From a virus: a DNA stretch of 43,946 nucleotides. The notes beneath the pieces were generated by a model, which was not told the DNA's origin, made no database searches, and saw only the letters and a program-made list of their open reading frames with translations. The stretch is taken from positions 1 through 43,946 of IMG/VR virus record IMGVR_UViG_3300013102_000016. One strand, 5' to 3'. The position numbers and the translations under genes are program-made. Below, piece after piece: positions 15,751-23,131 of this stretch; the first letter of the stretch is position 1; each line of letters starts with the position of its first letter.

Positions 15751-15939
15751 ATGGATTCGATTCCGCTGAAAGTCGCGGCAACAGGTTTGCTTTTTTTGAT
15801 TATTGGTTTCGGCGCCGTTTGGAGCCAGGTGATCACCAGAACTAACCCCGGCGAAGGTTTTAAAATATTTTTTGGTCTTTGCCTGTGCGGCGGCGCAGCA
15901 GCGCTGCTGATCGGCATCCTCTCTTACATTTGGTTCTGA
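15751..15939 (+). CDS. Small two-TM membrane protein (62 aa)
   Basis: Track ORF is 15724..15939. The preferred ATG is 15751. Translation MDSIPLKVAATGLLFLIIGFGAVW...GLCLCGGAAALLIGILSYIWF. Confidence 0.6.
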   Translation: MDSIPLKVAATGLLFLIIGFGAVWSQVITRTNPGEGFKIFFGLCLCGGAAALLIGILSYIWF

Positions 15940-15954
15940 CAGGAGCAATATAAA

Positions 15955-16857
15955 TTGGCCTATACCCTTCACAACATCGCCACCGACAAAGAAAACACCA
16001 CCGCCAAGCGCGCCGACTCGATCAAAGCGCAGCTCAGCAAAATCAAGATCGTCAACGGCTTCAACGAGCGCGATTTCCAACGTGAAGACGTGCGCCTGCA
16101 TATCGCGTCAATCATTTCGTCACTGATCGCTGGCGAGCCGATTCCTGCGCTGGTTGTCTGGACGAATCCAGAAACCGGCGATATCGAGCTGGTTGATGGT
16201 GAGTGCCGCTACTGGGCCTACACCGATTTCGCAGCGGAATATCCCGATAAGTTCGACGGCTATGTCAGCGTTGTTCCGTACCAGGGCACTCCGGCTCAGC
16301 GCAAGGCCATGGTGGCCAAGAGCAACAGCCAATTGCCGCTGGATCCCGTTCAGCGCGGTCGCGTCTATCTGTCTCTGCGTGACGAATACGGCATGAGCCG
16401 GCAGGACATCGCGTCCGAGATGGGCAAGTCGCTGGCTCACGTTGATCAGCATCTGTTGCTGGCCAGCGGGGGTGAAGAAGTTCACGCAGCTGTTGGCGCT
16501 GGCGTTATCTCCGCAACCGAAGCCGTCAAGCTGGTACGCGATCATGGGGCTGATGCGCCTGCTGAGCTGGAGCGCCGCAAGGAGGCAGCCAAGGAGATTG
16601 GCAAGGGCAAGGTGACTGCGAAGGTTGCGGCGCCGAAAGCTCCGAGTCGGCCGAAAGTGGATATGGTTGTTTCGAATGCGGTTGTGCTGGTCAGTCGGCT
16701 GACTGCCGAAACTTTGCGCGACATTGATCGCCCCGAGGATACTCAAGTCCGCGTCAGTTCGCACGCCCTCGCCGACCTCATCATGGCCGTTCGCGAAATG
16801 CAGCAAGCCGGCAAACCGCTGGATGCTGACCGCCAGGTTGAATTGCCAATCGAGTGA
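15955..16857 (+). CDS. ParB/KorB-like DNA-binding protein (300 aa)
   Basis: The TTG start at 15955 follows GACAGGAGCAA (15938-15948). The ParB N-domain motif is IELVDGECRYWAY. A central HTH-like segment is GMSRQDIASEMGKSLAHVDQHL. No ParA partner is present. Confidence 0.7.
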   Translation: MAYTLHNIATDKENTTAKRADSIKAQLSKIKIVNGFNERDFQREDVRLHIASIISSLIAGEPIPALVVWTNPETGDIELVDGECRYWAYTDFAAEYPDKFDGYVSVVPYQGTPAQRKAMVAKSNSQLPLDPVQRGRVYLSLRDEYGMSRQDIASEMGKSLAHVDQHLLLASGGEEVHAAVGAGVISATEAVKLVRDHGADAPAELERRKEAAKEIGKGKVTAKVAAPKAPSRPKVDMVVSNAVVLVSRLTAETLRDIDRPEDTQVRVSSHALADLIMAVREMQQAGKPLDADRQVELPIE

Positions 16858-16881
16858 GGGCATAATTGTTTTGCGGATGGC

Positions 16882-17016
16882 GTGAGACCCAGAAGCAAAA
16901 CTTTGGACTGAGGCTATAGACCGCTTCGATGTATGCCGTTCCCTGACTTGATTGAGTAGCCTCAGTCCAAGTCATTTCAGGGAGTCTCACCGGCATACAG
17001 TCAAAGCGGTTTTTTT
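16882..17016 (+). promoter_or_regulatory. Structured intergenic RNA element: alternative antiterminator and terminator folds
   Basis: Fold A pairs 16903-16916 (TTGGACTGAGGCTA) with 16957-16970 (14 bp, perfect) and GTGAGAC 16882-88 with GTCTCAC 16984-90. Fold B pairs 16920-26 with 17004-10, 16930-38 with 16991-99, 16940-46 with 16977-83 and 16950-56 with 16961-67, and is followed by T7 (17010-17016). The two folds share 16957-16970. Confidence 0.55.
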
Positions 17017-17029
17017 GTGGGCTTGATTT

Positions 17030-17722
17030 ATGGCTTTAAGAAACTGCTCGATGTGCAGGGAGGACAAGGATAACTCTGCATTCAACAAAATGAAGAATGG
17101 ATATCTTGGGCTTCAGAAATATTGCAGGGCATGCCAGTCAATTACCTTTAAGGCTTATCACGAAAAGAACAGAGAGAAGTTAATAGCCGCTCAGAATAAT
17201 AGATATCACAAAAACAAGGAATCGATCAGCAAGGCCAGGAAGCACGCCTACTGGAATGATCCAATCCAAAACCAAAAGGTTAAAGCAAGGGCGGCAGCTT
17301 GGGCTAAAGCCAACAAGGAGAGAGTGCTAGCCAGGGCAAAAGCTTACACGAAAGAAAATTTCGCCAAGGTTTCGGCTAGGAAGAAAATACACAGAAGAGA
17401 AAATGCCGAAGCGATAGCTGATTACGACAGAAAATATCGCCGGTTAAACAGGCCGAAGATATTGAGAATAGGGGCAAAAAGGCGCGCTGCAAAAGCTGGA
17501 GCTACGGTGGCCTGGGCCAACATGGAGAATATAGAGGGCTTTTATGTTGAGGCTCAGCGGCTCACCAAAGAGACCGGAATTGCTTACCACGTTGACCATA
17601 TTGTCCCTCTGATATCAAAGCTAGTATGCGGCCTTCATTGCGAGGCAAATCTTCAAGTAATAACCGCATTTGAAAACATTTCAAAACTAAACAGGTATTG
17701 GCCTGATATGCCGGAGGATTGA
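17030..17722 (+). CDS. HNH homing-type endonuclease (230 aa)
   Basis: HNH core AYHVDHIVPLISKLVCGLHCEANLQVITAFENISK. N-terminal zinc ribbon CSMCRED...CRACQ. Basic repeats (KAYHEKNREK, RYHKNKES, KAYTKENF). Noticeably A/T-richer and AGA/AGG/ATA-rich relative to its neighbours. Confidence 0.85.
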   Translation: MALRNCSMCREDKDNSAFNKMKNGYLGLQKYCRACQSITFKAYHEKNREKLIAAQNNRYHKNKESISKARKHAYWNDPIQNQKVKARAAAWAKANKERVLARAKAYTKENFAKVSARKKIHRRENAEAIADYDRKYRRLNRPKILRIGAKRRAAKAGATVAWANMENIEGFYVEAQRLTKETGIAYHVDHIVPLISKLVCGLHCEANLQVITAFENISKLNRYWPDMPED

Positions 17723-17723
17723 T

Positions 17724-19682
17724 ATGCCCCTATTATCGTTTCAAAAACCAGCAGTAACCGCCCTATGCCGCCACTTCAGATCACGAGAAACCACGAAGTT
17801 TCTTGACCGTGATGTGCACCCGCCGATCATTGTCAGCGCCTCGGTATCCTCGGGGAAGAGCGTGATGTTAGCCGAGTGCGCAAAGGCCGTTCAAGATGCA
17901 AAGGCTGAGCGTGATGCCGCCGCTGGCAAGGATCATGCACCGATATGCATCCTCGTGATTCAGCGGCAGTCGCTACTTTGCTCCCAAAACAGTGATGCAG
18001 CCTGGCAAGCAAGCGTAAAGAACTCAGTTTTCAGTGCGGCGCTCAACAGGAAATCAACAGCTTTCAAGGTTGTATATGCAACTGAAGGCAGTATCGCTCG
18101 CGCCTTGACCCAATATCGGTTCAGCCCATGGACTGAAGAAGAGAAGCTTCGCCACCCGAATTGGAAGGCCGCCGCTGGAAAATTCCATCCTGATCTTATC
18201 TTGATCGACGAGGTGCACCAGGTTCCTTTCGAAGCGGAGGATTCGCAGTATATGAAGACTCTGCTGCATTTTTACGACATCAAGCCGCACCTGCGATTAG
18301 CTGGCATGACCGGATCTCCGTTTCGTGGCATCAGCTCGATAGTCGGGAATACTCCGCAGCACCTGTGGAAAAAGGTCGCCAGCATTGAGCCAGGCGATCC
18401 TGACTATCCAGAGGGCGGCGTCGGGAACGGCATTATAAGCACGGAATTTATGGTAGATCAGGGGTGGGTCGTAGCTCCGCAGTTCGGATTCCCTGACGAT
18501 CAAGATACTCATTATGATTTCAGTCACCTATCTACCGAGACTTGGGATTATCCTGAGCACGAGTTGGATGCCGCTGTTAGCGATAAAGAGCTTTGCCTTG
18601 CGATATGCGCCGACTTCATCCGCAAATCAAAGGATCGCGGCGGCGTAGTCATCTTTGCCGCCACTCAGCGTCATACTCGGCAGATTGCCGCCGCCATGAA
18701 ATTGCTCGGCGTCGATCCTGAACAGATTGGCGTGATCATCGACAAGACTACGCAGAAGGAACAGACCCGCATCCTTACCGCTGCCAAGGACGGCAAACTG
18801 AAATACGTCATCAACGTCGCCGTTCTGACGACTGGGGTCAATGTCCAGTGGTGGGATACCGAAGTTCTTATGCGGCCAATCGCCGCTATTGTTTTGCTGA
18901 TCCAGGCTATCGGTAGAATCTTGCGCCTACTGATCGAAGATGGCGAAATGGGCATGGTGGAGCGTGACGCCCTGACAGCAGAACTTCGCAAGATGCTAAT
19001 CGCTGCCAGTAGTAAGCCAGACGCATTGGTTCTGGATTATGCGGGGGTCATGGACACCCTTGGGGCGCTTTACGAAAATCCAGTTCTTGAGATGGCCGAG
19101 CTTGAGAAGGCTAAGAAGGAAGGCAAAGATCTCATAGAATGTCAAAAGTGCCTGACTATGAATAGCCCCAATGCTAGGCGATGCATTGGTCGAGATGCTT
19201 CCGGCGAACGTTGCGAGCACTTCTGGCACTTCAGGTTGTGCCCTGGCTGCATGACGCAGAACGATCAAGTCGCCCGCGAGTGCCGATCCTGCAAGCGCAT
19301 GCTCATCGACCCGAATGCTGCGCTGAACAATAAGCATTATGTAGATGGTGAATCCATCCCGGTCCGCTCCATGAAAGCCGGTCACGGATCTGGCGGCAAG
19401 CTCTGGTTTCGCTACGAACTGTCTACCGGTGACACGCCCATGGAGATCTTCTATCCGCATGCTGGCGAGAATAAGAAGGTCAACAACATCATCTGGGGCA
19501 AGTTCGTTGATGCGCTGCCGATTGATCAGCGGTCACGTCTGCGGCTTCGGGCAATGAAGGCTGAAACCGTTATGGAAAATATTGATCTGATCCCGGTTCC
19601 GGCTGAGTTATCGGCGCGGAAGAAGGGGAGTCGCTGGACGATTGGGCGTCGGCGTTATCAGGAACAGGAGGTTGCATTGTGA
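17724..19682 (+). CDS. SF2 (DEAD/DEVH-box) DNA helicase with C-terminal zinc ribbons (652 aa)
   Basis: Walker A SASVSSGKSV, DEVH box LILIDEVHQ, motif V VAVLTTGVNV, motif VI QAIGRILR. C-terminal CQKC...C...CPGC...CRSC. Confidence 0.85.
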   Translation: MPLLSFQKPAVTALCRHFRSRETTKFLDRDVHPPIIVSASVSSGKSVMLAECAKAVQDAKAERDAAAGKDHAPICILVIQRQSLLCSQNSDAAWQASVKNSVFSAALNRKSTAFKVVYATEGSIARALTQYRFSPWTEEEKLRHPNWKAAAGKFHPDLILIDEVHQVPFEAEDSQYMKTLLHFYDIKPHLRLAGMTGSPFRGISSIVGNTPQHLWKKVASIEPGDPDYPEGGVGNGIISTEFMVDQGWVVAPQFGFPDDQDTHYDFSHLSTETWDYPEHELDAAVSDKELCLAICADFIRKSKDRGGVVIFAATQRHTRQIAAAMKLLGVDPEQIGVIIDKTTQKEQTRILTAAKDGKLKYVINVAVLTTGVNVQWWDTEVLMRPIAAIVLLIQAIGRILRLLIEDGEMGMVERDALTAELRKMLIAASSKPDALVLDYAGVMDTLGALYENPVLEMAELEKAKKEGKDLIECQKCLTMNSPNARRCIGRDASGERCEHFWHFRLCPGCMTQNDQVARECRSCKRMLIDPNAALNNKHYVDGESIPVRSMKAGHGSGGKLWFRYELSTGDTPMEIFYPHAGENKKVNNIIWGKFVDALPIDQRSRLRLRAMKAETVMENIDLIPVPAELSARKKGSRWTIGRRRYQEQEVAL

Positions 19683-19864
19683 GCGAATGGATTAAGTTGG
19701 AAGATCGTCAGCCTCCGGAAGAAAAAGGCAATGAATATCTGATCATTGTCGAAGGTGGCGGCATGCAGGTTAGCGAGTGGGTTCTTGATGACACTGAAGG
19801 CTGGTGTTTTTGGTGGGGAGATCCAACCCACTGGATGCATTTACCTGCCGGTCTGCTAGTATGA
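19679..19864 (+). CDS. DUF551-like protein (61 aa)
   Basis: Translation MSEWIKLEDRQPPEEKGNEYLIIVEGGG...WWGDPTHWMHLP, which is the typical DUF551 pattern. Confidence 0.6.
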   Translation: MSEWIKLEDRQPPEEKGNEYLIIVEGGGMQVSEWVLDDTEGWCFWWGDPTHWMHLPAGLLV

Positions 19865-20262
19865 TCCGTATCTACGACAGCGGCTATCGGGGTGATTGCC
19901 GCGTCGAAACCATCGAGCAGATTGATTGCGCCGGATGGCTCGAATTCAACCACCCTGAGCGCTGGCCTCTGATATGGCACACGCCAAATGAGGCTAGGGC
20001 GACCGCCAGCTACATGCAGAAGCGGCAGAAAATGGGTGTAAAATCCGGCGTATCAGACATCATCGACTTCGGCCTGGTGCGCGGTGCTTTCGAGCTGAAG
20101 CGGCTGGATAAGTCGAAGTGCTCGGTCAGCAAGGAGCAACGAGTGTTCCTCCAGGCTGTCGACGATTCAGGCGGATTCGCCGCCATCGTCTACGGCTTCT
20201 CGGAGTTTAAGAAGGCCTACGCCGATTATCTGTCATTCATCACAGAGAAACGATTGACATAG
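19861..20262 (+). CDS. VRR-NUC domain nuclease (133 aa)
   Basis: Track ORF is 19804..20262. The preferred ATG is 19861 (ATGA overlap). GVSDIIDF...GAFELKRL is a PD-(D/E)XK-type D...ExK motif, and the size fits VRR-NUC. The TAG stop lies inside TTGACATAG of the next promoter. Confidence 0.6.
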   Translation: MIRIYDSGYRGDCRVETIEQIDCAGWLEFNHPERWPLIWHTPNEARATASYMQKRQKMGVKSGVSDIIDFGLVRGAFELKRLDKSKCSVSKEQRVFLQAVDDSGGFAAIVYGFSEFKKAYADYLSFITEKRLT

Positions 20263-20282
20263 TTATTATACGCGGATAATCT
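20254..20282 (+). promoter_or_regulatory. Sigma70-type promoter, TTGACATAGTTATTAT family
   Basis: TTGACA-tagttattatacgcgga(17)-TAATCT. The leader GACAGGAGCAT at 20308-20318 precedes the ATG at 20322. Confidence 0.65.
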
Positions 20283-20321
20283 CTCGCTACCGAAACAGAC
20301 ATTCCCTGACAGGAGCATCAC

Positions 20322-21503
20322 ATGCAAATCGTCTTCCGCAACAAAGGCAGCATCGACCCGCGCAGCATCACCACATTCGGCGTCAGCTCCAAGGACAGCG
20401 ACACAGCTATTGGCTATTTTGGCACCGGCCTTAAGTATGCAATCGCTATTTTGTTGCGCGAAGGCTGCCAGGTCGATATCTACACTGGCGGTCAGCGCCT
20501 GTCGTTCGGCACTTCCGAGCAGCGCATCCGCGTCGATGACTTCACGTTCGTGACCATGAATGGCAATCCGCTGTCGTTCACTACCGAGCTGGGCAAGAAC
20601 TGGGAAACCTGGCAGGCAATCCGCGAGTTGTGGTGCAACTGCCTGGACGAACAGGGCGAGGCATTTTCATCCGAGTATTTTGATGACGCGCCGAGCGAAC
20701 ATGAGACCGTGATCTTGGTTTCTGGCCGCGCCGCCGCCGAAGCATGGTCAATGCGCGACACGATCATGATCAGCGGCACGCCGATCTATCAAACCGAGCA
20801 CGTCGATATCTATCAGGGTCGTTCGAATCACGTCTACTACAAAGGTGTGCGCGTCTACGATCTGCCAAATCCGTCGATGTACACCTACAACCTGAAAAGC
20901 CATGTCGAGCTGACCGAAGACAGGACAATGAAGCATGTTGTTCTGGCTGGATGGTACGCAGCCAAAGGCATTGCCACTCTTTCTGATCGCGGCTTTCTGG
21001 AGCGCACACTTACCGCCAGCAAGGAATGGTTCGAACATCGCCTGGACTTCGGCAGCGTTGCCGCCTCCGATGACTTCACTGGCATCGTCAAGCAGATGGC
21101 TCGCCTGCAAACTCCAGGGCTGAACCAGTCCGCGACCAACTGCGCTCGATTCGATAGCAACGAATTGCTTGATGATCTGCCTCGCATGACAATCAGCCAG
21201 GTCGATAACCTGCGGCTGAGGAAGGCTATCAGCTTCGCCAAGTCCATCGGCTTCGCTGTCGACGAATACGAAATAGTCGTTATCGAGCATATGGGCGAAG
21301 GCGTGCTTGGACGCGCCGCTAACGACAAGATCTATCTGTCGAAAATCGTGTTCATGCAGGGAACCAAGATGGTGGCCGGTACGCTGATCGAAGAGTTCAT
21401 CCATCTGCGACACAAACTGGCCGACGAGACGCGCAGCATGCAGAACTTCCTTTTCGATTCGCTGGTATCGCTTGGTGAGCAGTTGTCTGGCGAACCACTC
21501 TAA
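20322..21503 (+). CDS. Unknown-function protein (393 aa) with weak GHKL/rIIA-like motifs
   Basis: It has its own promoter and leader. IGYFGTGLKYA (GxxGxG-like), IRELWCNCLDE (N-box-like) and YYKGVRVYDL...YNLKSHVELTEDR are reminiscent of T4 rIIA-type ATPase-fold proteins, but the motif order differs. Not searched. Confidence 0.6.
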   Translation: MQIVFRNKGSIDPRSITTFGVSSKDSDTAIGYFGTGLKYAIAILLREGCQVDIYTGGQRLSFGTSEQRIRVDDFTFVTMNGNPLSFTTELGKNWETWQAIRELWCNCLDEQGEAFSSEYFDDAPSEHETVILVSGRAAAEAWSMRDTIMISGTPIYQTEHVDIYQGRSNHVYYKGVRVYDLPNPSMYTYNLKSHVELTEDRTMKHVVLAGWYAAKGIATLSDRGFLERTLTASKEWFEHRLDFGSVAASDDFTGIVKQMARLQTPGLNQSATNCARFDSNELLDDLPRMTISQVDNLRLRKAISFAKSIGFAVDEYEIVVIEHMGEGVLGRAANDKIYLSKIVFMQGTKMVAGTLIEEFIHLRHKLADETRSMQNFLFDSLVSLGEQLSGEPL

Positions 21504-21507
21504 ATTA

Positions 21508-21540
21508 GTGATATAATTATTATCCAATGACAGGAGCAAC
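21508..21540 (+). promoter_or_regulatory. Extended -10 promoter (GTGATATAATTATTAT variant) plus conserved leader
   Basis: TGaTATAAT at 21509-21517. GACAGGAGCAAC at 21529-21540 precedes the ATG at 21545. Confidence 0.55.
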
Positions 21541-21544
21541 ACGC

Positions 21545-22357
21545 ATGATTTACGAAGATCTCCCCGCTGACGATTACTTTGCAATCGAAGCGGCCAGCAA
21601 CTCAGGTCTGAAGCTGATACGCCGCAGTCCTGCGCATTTCAAGTACAAGGAAGAAAAGGAACCTACGCCAGCAATGGCGATGGGCACACACCTACACATG
21701 GCGCTGCTGGAGCCAGAGCGTTTCGAAAAACATTACGTAGTCGCGACCGAGGCTCTGGACAAGCGCAGCGCTTACTACAAGGGGCTCGTAAAAGACGTTG
21801 GCGCCGACCGCGTATTGACCATGACCGACCATCGCAAGCTGGTCGGCATGCAGGATGCGGCCTATCGCAACAAGCGCTTTGCCGCCTACATGAAAGCTCC
21901 GGGTCGTAACGAGCTGTCTGTCGTCGCCACCGACCCAGAAACCGGCGTGCAAGTGAAGTGCCGCTTTGACCGGATGGGCGATTCGATCTTCGCGCTCGAC
22001 GTGAAGAAGTGCCAGGATGCTCGCGGCGTTGAATTCACCAAGCCGATCACGAACTACGGCTACTACCAGCAAGTCGCCTTCTACAGCGACGTGTGGTTTT
22101 GGGCGACTGGCGAGCGACTGAAGGAATTCCCGCTGTTCGCAATCGAAGAGGATTCTCCACACGGGACGATGTTTCACGACCTCGACGAGATCGCGCTAGA
22201 GCTGGGGCGTATTCATTATCGTGAGGCGCTCAACACTTATGCGCGCTGCCTAGAATCTGGAATCTGGCCGGCGTACGAACACGAATCTGAATTCACCAGC
22301 GTTACATCGTGGGCAGCCAATGAGATGCTGTCAGATGATGCCTTTGGAGGCGTGTAA
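21545..22357 (+). CDS. PD-(D/E)XK (RecB/Cas4/YqaJ-like) exonuclease (270 aa)
   Basis: Track ORF is 21527..22357. The preferred ATG is 21545 (MIYEDLPADDYF...). The motifs GTHLHMALLEP, CRFDRMGDSIFALDVKKCQDA and YYQQVAFY fit a phage PD-(D/E)XK exonuclease. Confidence 0.7.
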   Translation: MIYEDLPADDYFAIEAASNSGLKLIRRSPAHFKYKEEKEPTPAMAMGTHLHMALLEPERFEKHYVVATEALDKRSAYYKGLVKDVGADRVLTMTDHRKLVGMQDAAYRNKRFAAYMKAPGRNELSVVATDPETGVQVKCRFDRMGDSIFALDVKKCQDARGVEFTKPITNYGYYQQVAFYSDVWFWATGERLKEFPLFAIEEDSPHGTMFHDLDEIALELGRIHYREALNTYARCLESGIWPAYEHESEFTSVTSWAANEMLSDDAFGGV

Positions 22358-23025
22358 TGAGTATTTCTCGCGAAGACTTTGCCAGCACTACGCAGGCAAA
22401 AAGCGATCAGATGAACGCCGTTGACCTTGTTGGCGGTCCGGTCGCTTATCGGATCACAGGAATCAAGATGACTGGAGCGCCAGACCAACCGGTATCGATC
22501 AGCGTAGACGGCCATCGGCAGCCCTGGAAGCCATCAAAGACCTTTCGGCGCGTCCTTCTGCTGCTTTGGCCAGAGACAAGCCCTGATGAGTGGGTTGGCC
22601 GCGACGTGGTTCTGTGGTGCGATCCGGAAATCAAGTGGGCCGGTGAAAAGGTCGGCGGCATCGCGATAAGTCATGCCAGTCACATCAACGAGCGCAAAGT
22701 GTTTGCGCTTGCAGAAAGCAAGAGCAAGCGCAAGACAATCGTCGTCGATCCATTCCAGCCTGTTGACGCTCCCGCTCAATCATCGACGCCAGTCTTCTGG
22801 CCCGACGAATCCTTCGCCAAGCGCCTTGCTGCAGCGCAACCAAAGATCGATTCGGGTGAACTGTCTGCCGAGGCATTTATCGCCACGCTGGAGAAGAAGG
22901 CGCCGATGACTGCCGGTCAGAAGGCGCGGGTTAAGCCGACGCCAATCGTTGAGCCTGATGATCTCGGCGAGCCTCCGCAAATGGAGGACGGCGATCCGTT
23001 CGGTATGGATCAGCCGCCCGAGTAA
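22357..23025 (+). CDS. Putative ssDNA-binding or recombination-associated protein (222 aa)
   Basis: TAATG coupling to the exonuclease gene. The acidic C-terminal tip ...EPPQMEDGDPFGMDQPPE resembles SSB/gp2.5-type tails. The assignment rests only on inference. Confidence 0.4.
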   Translation: MSISREDFASTTQAKSDQMNAVDLVGGPVAYRITGIKMTGAPDQPVSISVDGHRQPWKPSKTFRRVLLLLWPETSPDEWVGRDVVLWCDPEIKWAGEKVGGIAISHASHINERKVFALAESKSKRKTIVVDPFQPVDAPAQSSTPVFWPDESFAKRLAAAQPKIDSGELSAEAFIATLEKKAPMTAGQKARVKPTPIVEPDDLGEPPQMEDGDPFGMDQPPE

Positions 23026-23040
23026 CGCGCAACCCAATCA

Positions 23041-23066
23041 GCCTGCATTCGTGTGGGCTTTTTGTT
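23041..23066 (+). terminator. Rho-independent terminator
   Basis: GCCTGCA-TTCG-TGTGGGC followed by TTTTTG. The stem is 7 bp with two G.U pairs. It sits 15 nt after the stop at 23025. Confidence 0.6.
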
Positions 23067-23074
23067 ATCTGGTA

Positions 23075-23103
23075 TTGACATAGTTATTATGCGGATCTAT
23101 AGT
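23075..23103 (+). promoter_or_regulatory. Sigma70-type promoter, TTGACATAGTTATTAT family (best match in the genome)
   Basis: TTGACA-tagttattatgcggatc(17)-TATAGT. The leader GACAGGAGCAA at 23117-23127 precedes the ATG at 23132. Confidence 0.7.
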
Positions 23104-23131
23104 CAGTTCACACCTCGACAGGAGCAACAAA

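Noticed and set aside
16858-17723. The structured spacer plus HNH ORF considered as a group I intron.
   Set aside because: The flanking ORFs (ParB-like and helicase) are separate complete genes with their own stop and start. The structured region is too short (~130 nt) to carry the P3-P9 core, and no exon continuity exists.
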